Of a DNA stretch of 64,000 bases, positions 63,590 to 64,000 are shown in pieces (positions within the stretch are counted from its first letter, which is position 1; each line of letters opens with the position of its first letter). The position numbers and the translations under genes are program-made. The DNA lies in contig CM052816.1 of assembly GCA_028534125.1 (NCBI GenBank), positions 80,416,001 through 80,480,000 of the forward strand, in the 5' to 3' direction. The notes below the pieces were generated by a model. That model was not told where the DNA came from. It was given only the letters and a program-made list of their open reading frames with translations, and ran no database searches. Source of the DNA: Lama glama. Its lineage: Eukaryota.

Positions 63590-63800
63590 CCATAATAACA
63601 ATGATTAAAAATAAGTTGCCATTTATTGTATGCATGGCATTGAGTTAAATACTGTACAAATATCATATCACAATAATATTCTGAGGCTGTTTTACTTATC
63701 CCTATTTATAGATGAGAAAACCAAGGCAGGTCAGAGACCTTCCAGTCAGTAAGTGTGGAGCCGGGGCTCCTGAGCTGTAAACCATTATGCTCAACCCTTC
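63590..63800 (-). mobile_element. MIR SINE
   Basis: ccatttattg...tccctatttatagatgagaaaaccaaggc...agtaagtgtggagccggg. Confidence 0.75.
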
Positions 63801-64000
63801 CACTTTCTCCACGAAGGCAGAGACCTTTCCGTTGCTGAAGAGTGTCAGGAAAATAATTAGGTCACCCTAAAGGAGCAAAGTTAAAGGATCATGGAGAGTT
63901 GCCCATTCTTCTTGGCCACAGCTAGGGATTTGTTAAAGCATACCAATGCAGTTAATGGAATATACCAGTGTGGAAAACATGACATAAAGTGGGGGCTCCC

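Larger units (their letters stand above)
46220..64000 (+). other. ADAMTS12: 5' part of the following ADAMTS12 intron
   Basis: Begins with the GT donor; the next exon (furin site and start of the metalloprotease domain) is not seen in the window. Confidence 0.85.

Noticed and set aside
1..64000. CRISPR arrays, operons or other prokaryotic systems
   Set aside because: Mammalian intronic DNA; no regularly spaced repeat-spacer array or dense coding structure.

Overview
Mammalian genomic DNA, very probably camelid (alpaca/camel), judged from two vic-1-type tRNA-Ala-derived SINEs and young artiodactyl-type L1 3' ends. The window lies inside ADAMTS12 on the + strand. It holds one coding exon (46069-46219, 151 nt, the prodomain exon with the cysteine switch, exon 3 by human numbering), about 46 kb of the upstream intron and about 18 kb of the downstream intron. 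Most other recognisable sequence is interspersed repeat (L1, L2, L3/CR1, MIR, MaLR/ERVL/ERV1 LTRs, hAT and Tigger DNA transposons) or microsatellite; nearly all listed ORFs are spurious or L1 ORF2 remnants. The best unexplained signal is a roughly 93%-identical 71/81-bp inverted repeat pair (10488-10558 and 12410-12490) that I do not recognise as a transposon and that encloses a CpG-rich patch. Also notable: a sense L1 3' end with poly(A) signals inserted just upstream of the exon acceptor, next to an AG|GTAAAG recursive-splice-like site, and several clear retrotransposition footprints. Repeat family names come from recall of consensus sequences and their boundaries are approximate. I cannot support a new biological system beyond these candidates.
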